A DNA stretch of 25,076 nucleotides from a virus (taxonomy: Duplodnaviria > Caudoviricetes). Positions 19,536 to 25,076 of this stretch are shown here, in pieces. The number at the start of each line of letters is the position of its first letter. Within the stretch, counting starts at the first letter, position 1. The notes beneath the pieces are model-generated. The model did no database searches. It saw only the letters and a list, made by a program, of their open reading frames with translations, and was not told where the DNA came from. Made by a program: the position numbers and the translations under genes. Location of the stretch: the IMG/VR virus record IMGVR_UViG_3300033076_000024, positions 1 to 25,076 of that record. One strand, 5' to 3'.

Positions 19536-22500
19536 ATGCCTTTAATCTCAACTCTTGGTGCAGCTTCGTCACGCGGCTTTGGTGAATTTAGCCAATCAGC
19601 GCAAGCAAACTATATTGAGAATTTCTTTAATACATATTTGTATGATGGAAATGGCGGTTCTCAAATTATTAATACTGGCATCCCTCTTTCTAATACATCT
19701 TCTTGGAGCTCATATAAATTACAACAAAATAATTCAGTTGGTAATGGCATAGCAGCAGATACATCAGGAAATATTTATATAATCGGTTATGCTAATGATG
19801 GGACTAATGATTATATTATAATTGCAAAATATAACTCCTCTGGAACTATTCAATGGCAGCGTAGCCTTAAACAAAATAATTCATATGGATACGGCATAAC
19901 AACAGATTCATCCGGTAACATTTATGTTACAGGATTTCCTAATGATGGCACAAATAGCTACATCATAATTGCGAAATATGACACATCCGGCACAATTCAA
20001 TGGCAGCGTAAACTTAAACAAAATAATTCACTTGGCTACGGCATAACAACAGATTCATCCGGTAATGTTTATGTCACTGGATCAGCTAATGATGGCGCAA
20101 CTAACTATATTATAATTGCAAAATATAATTCTTCTGGCGCTATCCAATGGCAGCGTAAACTTAAACAAAACGCTTCGACAGGCCGTGGAATAGTCACAGA
20201 TTCGTCAGGCAATGTTTATATTACTGGCTCAGCTAATGATGGATCAACTAATTACATCATAATTGCAAAATATGACTCATCCGGTGTTATACAGTGGCAA
20301 CGAAATCTTCAGCAAAATAATTCCTCTGGCTTCGGCATAGCAGCAGACACATCAGGAAATATTTACGTTACAGGAAGAGCTAATGATGGATTAAATAATT
20401 ATACTATAATTGCAAAATATAATTCTTCTGGTGCAATTCAATGGCAACGGAAGCTTAAACAAAATATTTCTGTTGGATACGGCGTAACAACAGATTCATC
20501 TGGAAATGTTTATGTCGCTGCATACGATAGTGATGGATCAATTAATTATATTTTAGTTGCAAAATATAATTCGTCCGGCACAATTCAATGGCAACGTAAA
20601 CTTGCACAAAATAATTCATTTGGATACGGCGTAACAACAGATACATCAGGAAATGTTTATATTACTGGTTATGCTACTGATTCGGCACAATATATAGTAA
20701 CAACAAAATTAGCCCAAGATGGAAGCACTACATCTGGGACAGCTTTTGTAGATATGGTGATTGGGGCTTCCACCGAATCTGCTGGCGGTGCTACTGATTC
20801 TGCTGGTGGAGCTACAGATTCTGCTGGTGGTGCTACTGATTCTGCTGGTGGAGCTACAGATTCTGCTGGTGGTGCTACTGCTTCATCTGCAACACAAGCT
20901 GCAACAACAAGCCAAGGTGGGCTGGTTTGGATTAAAAAACGAGCCGGTACGTCGGTTATGTCGCACTATTTAACAGATAGTGCGCGTGGTATATCAAATG
21001 GTTATATTTCAACAAATAGTACAAACCCATCAAATCCAACGCAAGTATGTAATGCATTTAATAGCAATGGCTTTGGTTACAACCCTGTTGTTAATGACAC
21101 AGGCGACATTATTGCATCTTGGACATTTAGAAAACAGGTTAAATTTTTTGATGTAGTTACTTATACCGGCAATGGAGCAAACAGAACCATATCACACAAC
21201 CTTGGTTCTGTTCCGGGAATGATTCTCATTAAGCGCACAGACACAACTGCTGCTTGGGCCGTATATCATCGTTCCCTAGCCAATACAGAATATCTTGTTC
21301 TTAACACAACAGCAGCAAAAGCCACTGACGCAACTTATTGGAACAGCACAACGCCAACATCAACTGTATTTTCATTAGGCACAGCTACTGATGTTAATGC
21401 AAATGGCGGAACTTATGTAGCTTACCTTTTTGCCCATGACGCAGGCGGCTTTGGCGCGGATGGATCACAGAATGTTATTAGCTGTGGCGGAGCATCATGG
21501 AGCGGTTCTACTGACAATTTTGTATCATTAGGGTATGAACCACAATATGTTTTATTTAAGAGAACAGATAGCACAGCTAATTGGTTTGTTTACGATATTA
21601 TGCGCGGAATGTCATATGGATCATCTGAATATTTGCGCCCAAATTTGTCAGATTCTGCTGGAACATATAATTCACCATATGCAATTACACCAAATGCAAC
21701 AGGATTTACTGTACCTTCTGGTTTGGTAAGTACCGGAACATACATCTACATGGCTATCCGCCGTGGCCCAATGGCTACTCCAACAAACGGAACAACTGTA
21801 TTCCAGCCTACCGTATATACAGGAACGAACGTAGCCAATCGCCTTGTAAATACAACAATTGCGCCTGACATGATTTGGGCGCGCCAGCGCAATAGTACTT
21901 CTTTTGGCGGCATGCTTGTTGGTGATCGTTTGCGCGGGCAGCCATACTTAGCAACTGGCACTACTGCTGCTGAAGTAACAAACGCTACGGCATTAGATCA
22001 GCAAATTGTCAGCGCATCAGAATATGGAACCGCTTTTAGTTCTATGTCTGGTGTATGGGTTGGCAATGATGGCACCGCACAATTAAATGCTAGCACAACA
22101 GCCAGCAATCAAATCATGGAAGGGTTTAAGCGCGCTCCGGGATTTTTTGATGTTGTCTGCTACACAGGGACAGGATCAGCAACAACAGTCAGCCATAAAT
22201 TAGGTGTCGCGCCTGAGTTGATGATTGTAAAATCAAGAAGCGCAGTAACAAATTGGATTAACTATTGCAAATATTTTAATGGTGGAACAACACCAGAAAA
22301 TTATTACAATATTTTAAATTTAACTGATGCTATTACTACAAGTTCTAGTGTTTGGAATAATACATCGCCAACTTCAACGGATTTTACCGTTGGAACGTCA
22401 TTAAGTGTATCTGCAAGAACATACGTTACATACCTTTTTGCCTCATGCCCCGGTGTTAGTAAAGTTGGAAGCTACACAGGTTCAGGCACAACTAAGCAGA

Positions 22501-22757
22501 TTGATTGTGGTTTTACCAATGGCGCACGTTTTGTCCTGATTAAACGGACTGACAGCACAGGCGATTGGTATGTATGGGATACCGCAAGAGGCATAGTGAG
22601 CGGTAACGATCCATATATCCTGCTTAATTCTACAGCAGCAGAAGTCACTAGCACTGACTATGTAGATCCATATTCAGCAGGATTTGAGTTAAGTAGCACC
22701 GCGCCAGCGGGGTTGAATGCAAATGGTGGTACATTCATCTTTTTAGCCATCGCATAA
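19536..22757 (+). CDS. Tail fibre tip / receptor-binding protein: 7-bladed SBBP-like beta-propeller plus repeated YTGNG-type (DUF7483-like) domains
   Basis: Seven 49-aa repeats (GxGIxxDSSGNxYxxG...IAKYxSSGxIQWQR); repeated FFDVVxYTGxG...SHxLGxxPxxxxxKR domains; ends FIFLAIA. Confidence 0.8.
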   Translation: MPLISTLGAASSRGFGEFSQSAQANYIENFFNTYLYDGNGGSQIINTGIPLSNTSSWSSYKLQQNNSVGNGIAADTSGNIYIIGYANDGTNDYIIIAKYNSSGTIQWQRSLKQNNSYGYGITTDSSGNIYVTGFPNDGTNSYIIIAKYDTSGTIQWQRKLKQNNSLGYGITTDSSGNVYVTGSANDGATNYIIIAKYNSSGAIQWQRKLKQNASTGRGIVTDSSGNVYITGSANDGSTNYIIIAKYDSSGVIQWQRNLQQNNSSGFGIAADTSGNIYVTGRANDGLNNYTIIAKYNSSGAIQWQRKLKQNISVGYGVTTDSSGNVYVAAYDSDGSINYILVAKYNSSGTIQWQRKLAQNNSFGYGVTTDTSGNVYITGYATDSAQYIVTTKLAQDGSTTSGTAFVDMVIGASTESAGGATDSAGGATDSAGGATDSAGGATDSAGGATASSATQAATTSQGGLVWIKKRAGTSVMSHYLTDSARGISNGYISTNSTNPSNPTQVCNAFNSNGFGYNPVVNDTGDIIASWTFRKQVKFFDVVTYTGNGANRTISHNLGSVPGMILIKRTDTTAAWAVYHRSLANTEYLVLNTTAAKATDATYWNSTTPTSTVFSLGTATDVNANGGTYVAYLFAHDAGGFGADGSQNVISCGGASWSGSTDNFVSLGYEPQYVLFKRTDSTANWFVYDIMRGMSYGSSEYLRPNLSDSAGTYNSPYAITPNATGFTVPSGLVSTGTYIYMAIRRGPMATPTNGTTVFQPTVYTGTNVANRLVNTTIAPDMIWARQRNSTSFGGMLVGDRLRGQPYLATGTTAAEVTNATALDQQIVSASEYGTAFSSMSGVWVGNDGTAQLNASTTASNQIMEGFKRAPGFFDVVCYTGTGSATTVSHKLGVAPELMIVKSRSAVTNWINYCKYFNGGTTPENYYNILNLTDAITTSSSVWNNTSPTSTDFTVGTSLSVSARTYVTYLFASCPGVSKVGSYTGSGTTKQIDCGFTNGARFVLIKRTDSTGDWYVWDTARGIVSGNDPYILLNSTAAEVTSTDYVDPYSAGFELSSTAPAGLNANGGTFIFLAIA
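19700..20725 (+). repeat. Seven ~147-bp propeller-blade repeats
   Basis: Recurring caaaataattca...gattcatccggtaa...gcaaaatata...caatggcagcgt; strongly AT-rich. Confidence 0.9.
20778..20882 (+). repeat. 21-bp tandem repeat x5 (SAGGATD)
   Basis: TCTGCTGGTGG(T/A)GCTAC(T/A)GAT units alternating in a 42-bp higher-order period. Confidence 0.95.
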
Positions 22758-22769
22758 AGGGTAAGAAAC

Positions 22770-23312
22770 ATGGCAAACTACGTCGAAGTCACATCAGATA
22801 ATCAAATCGTCATTTACCCATATACGTTCTCTAGCCTTCAGGCCGAGAACCCCTATACCAATTTTGGTGGCAACACAGACGTTATGTTCTGGTTCCCGCA
22901 AACCAATGCAGCAACAGAATTGGGGTACCAGCTCCTACCTGTTCTGGAATCCCCGCAGCCTACATATGATCCGTTGACGCAATATGTCACGCCGGGGCCA
23001 ATCGAATATAAGGATGATAATTGGTACACGAGTTACATCGTAACTAATTATGATCCTGAGCAGCAGGCATACCAAGACAATCTTCGTAAGCAGGCCAATA
23101 AGCAGCAAGCTTCACTGCTACTGTCTCAGACAGATTGGACGGCTGTGCCTTCTATTGCTGATCCGGCTCAGTCAAACCCATTCCTAGCCAACCAGAATGC
23201 GTTCTTTGAATACCGCAATCAGGTTCGCCAGATTGCTCTTAATCCGCCTGTTGTGGTTGAGGTTTGGCCTGTTGAGCCTGATGAGGTTTGGGAGACTGTC
23301 CCAGTCGCATAA
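22770..23312 (+). CDS. Tail fibre assembly chaperone-like protein
   Basis: YPYT..L...NP.T.F N-terminus and LLSQTDWT...YRNQVRQI...WPVEP C-terminus; directly after the fibre tip gene. Confidence 0.75.
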   Translation: MANYVEVTSDNQIVIYPYTFSSLQAENPYTNFGGNTDVMFWFPQTNAATELGYQLLPVLESPQPTYDPLTQYVTPGPIEYKDDNWYTSYIVTNYDPEQQAYQDNLRKQANKQQASLLLSQTDWTAVPSIADPAQSNPFLANQNAFFEYRNQVRQIALNPPVVVEVWPVEPDEVWETVPVA

Positions 23313-23332
23313 CCATTCCTTGGGAGGGGATA

Positions 23333-23956
23333 ATGGTTCCAGTCGTTATATGTACATTAGGGTGCAAAAGCCTGAATGTGCTTGAAACAAGCCTTATGGT
23401 GTACAACCCGGATATACCACGGTTTGTATCGTTTATTGATAAACCATCTACGTTTGGGCAATCATACAATGAGGCTTTATCTGTAGCTTTTCGGGGCTAC
23501 GATGAAGTCATTGTGTCTAATGATGATGTGGTAGTCACCCCATCCAGCATTAAGGTGCTGATGGAAGATGTTGACACCCTCAAAGCCATTCACGGCGATA
23601 AGCTAGGGTTTGTCGCTGCTTTGTCGGATGATGCTCGGAATAGTCAAAACATCCGGTTTGAGCGCGGTGATGAACCTAAAGAGCAGGCGGTTATATCTCC
23701 TATATTTGCATGGATGTCTAAGGCTGCATTTCAGGCGGCACAGTTTCCGCCGCTTAATTGGTACTCTGATGATGTGATTTGTGAGGATTTAAACCAGCTT
23801 GGGTTTACTCATTACATATCAAGATCCTATGTTCATCATGTTGGATCACAGACAGTAGGGCGCGATTATCAGAAACTAAACGCTGATGCGCTGCCTTGGT
23901 TGAGGGAAAATAGGCCAGAATACGTCAAACGCTGGTGGGGAGAACAATGGCTCTAA
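23333..23956 (+). CDS. Glycosyltransferase, GT2-like (GT-A fold)
   Basis: ATG 23333 after GGGAGG; FGQSYNEAL, DxD-like SNDDV, WYSDDVIC, YVHHVGSQT. Confidence 0.8.
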   Translation: MVPVVICTLGCKSLNVLETSLMVYNPDIPRFVSFIDKPSTFGQSYNEALSVAFRGYDEVIVSNDDVVVTPSSIKVLMEDVDTLKAIHGDKLGFVAALSDDARNSQNIRFERGDEPKEQAVISPIFAWMSKAAFQAAQFPPLNWYSDDVICEDLNQLGFTHYISRSYVHHVGSQTVGRDYQKLNADALPWLRENRPEYVKRWWGEQWL

Positions 23957-25076
23957 AGATCGCTGTTTATGCTATAAGTAAAAACGAGGAACAATTTGTT
24001 CAGCGTTTTGCAGAGGCTTGTAAAGATGCCGACTACGTTATGGTGGCAGACACCGGCAGTACGGATGGAACTGTCGCGGCTTGCGAGCGCGCTGGCATCG
24101 CCGTTCACTCAATCTGCATTACCCCTTGGCGATTTGATCACGCACGGAACGCGGCTCTGGCTCTCCTATCAAGAGACATTGACGTATGTATCAGCCTTGA
24201 CTTGGATGAAATGCTGGAGCCCGGATGGCGCGAAGAAATAGAGCGCGTTTGGAAGCCCGGTGAGACTACCCGGTTAGAGTATTTTTTTGACTGGGGGCAT
24301 GGGATCAAGTTTCGATACCAGAAAATTCATGCTCGACATGGGTACTTCTGGCACCATCCCTGTCACGAATACCCTGTTTACGACAAGCGTATCACAGAGG
24401 TATGGGCCTATACCGATGCGCTATTAGTCACTCATCACCCTGATCCGACAAAGAGCCGTGGGCAATATCTAGATCTGCTAGAGCTTTCGGTAAAGGAAGA
24501 TCCTAACTGCCCACGCAATGCTTTTTACTATGCGCGGGAGCTGACGTTCTATGGCAAATGGCAAGAGGCCGTTGAGGCGCTTCATAAGTATCTAAAGATG
24601 CCTGAGGCTATATGGCCGAATGAGCGTTGCTATGCCATGCGCCTTCTAGGCAAGTCTTATGATCATTTAGGTGACTATTGGCAGGCTGTGGCATGGTTGC
24701 GTCGGGCTTGTGCCGAAGCTCCCAATACCCGTGAACCGTGGTGCGATTTGGCCATGTTCCTCTATCGCAGGCATGAATGGGTAGAGTGCTACGGGGCGTC
24801 GCTGAAAGCTTTGTCAATTAAGGATAAGCAGCTAGTATATACTTGTGATCCCTTGGTTTGGGGCTCATGGGCACATGACTTGGCGTCTATATCGGCGTGG
24901 CACTTAGGCCATAAGGGTGAGGCCTTACGTCATTGTCAGGATGCCATTGATGCCGATCCTAATGATGACAGGCTCAAAGCTAACTTGAAATGGATGCAAG
25001 ATGCCCTCAACAGCCAAGCCCAAGAGCAAGCCGGAAGCGAGCCAGACACTGATCAAGGAAGTGACGCGACTGACGG
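23947..25076 (+). CDS. GT2 glycosyltransferase with C-terminal TPR repeats (3'-truncated; absent from the ORF track)
   Basis: Manual translation from ATG 23947: MALKIAVYAISKNEEQFV...ADTGSTDGT...WRFDHARNAAL...ISLDLDE...HHPCHE...RNAFYYAREL...EAPNTREPW...; no stop before the window end. Confidence 0.9.
   Translation, partial: MALKIAVYAISKNEEQFVQRFAEACKDADYVMVADTGSTDGTVAACERAGIAVHSICITPWRFDHARNAALALLSRDIDVCISLDLDEMLEPGWREEIERVWKPGETTRLEYFFDWGHGIKFRYQKIHARHGYFWHHPCHEYPVYDKRITEVWAYTDALLVTHHPDPTKSRGQYLDLLELSVKEDPNCPRNAFYYARELTFYGKWQEAVEALHKYLKMPEAIWPNERCYAMRLLGKSYDHLGDYWQAVAWLRRACAEAPNTREPWCDLAMFLYRRHEWVECYGASLKALSIKDKQLVYTCDPLVWGSWAHDLASISAWHLGHKGEALRHCQDAIDADPNDDRLKANLKWMQDALNSQAQEQAGSEPDTDQGSDATD

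Noticed and set aside
19700-20725. Propeller repeats as a diversity-generating retroelement template/variable pair
   Set aside because: Differences between copies include many synonymous changes at non-adenine positions, all copies are in frame in one gene, and no reverse transcriptase is in the window.
20778-20882. CRISPR-like array, or further xxGG processing sites
   Set aside because: The units are contiguous with no spacers and are in frame; their acidic SAGGATD context differs from the basic xxGG motif of the head proteins.
25001-25076. Possible overlapping start of a next gene (MPSTAKPKSKPEASQ...)
   Set aside because: Only 25 codons are visible, it overlaps the open GT2-TPR frame and has no clear RBS; it cannot be supported without downstream sequence.

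Overview
The window is a continuous + strand virion morphogenesis region of a tailed dsDNA bacteriophage; the P22-like portal and head-to-tail adaptor suggest a podovirus-like particle, and the host is uncertain. Gene order: large terminase (5'-truncated), portal, DUF4214-repeat protein, Lys/Gly-rich protein, GroES-like co-chaperonin, scaffold, head decoration protein, Mu gpT-like major capsid protein, EndoVII-type homing endonuclease, small basic proteins (including DUF6321), adaptor, GIY-YIG homing endonuclease, GPT-collagen fibres, a beta-propeller fibre tip, a fibre chaperone and two GT2 glycosyltransferases (the last runs off the window and is missing from the ORF track). Most notable: (1) a recurring xxGG di-glycine motif punctuates three head-region proteins into modules, suggesting an uncharacterised polyprotein-processing or capsid-loading signal; (2) a compact three-helix pseudoknotted RNA element at 12630-12701 overlaps a ribosome-binding site; (3) the EndoVII gene has a promoter-in-hairpin control element and sits next to a recoded capsid gene 3' end; (4) GPT-collagen fibres plus a GT2-TPR enzyme suggest virion glycosylation. 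All family calls come from reading motifs by eye; no database searches were run.
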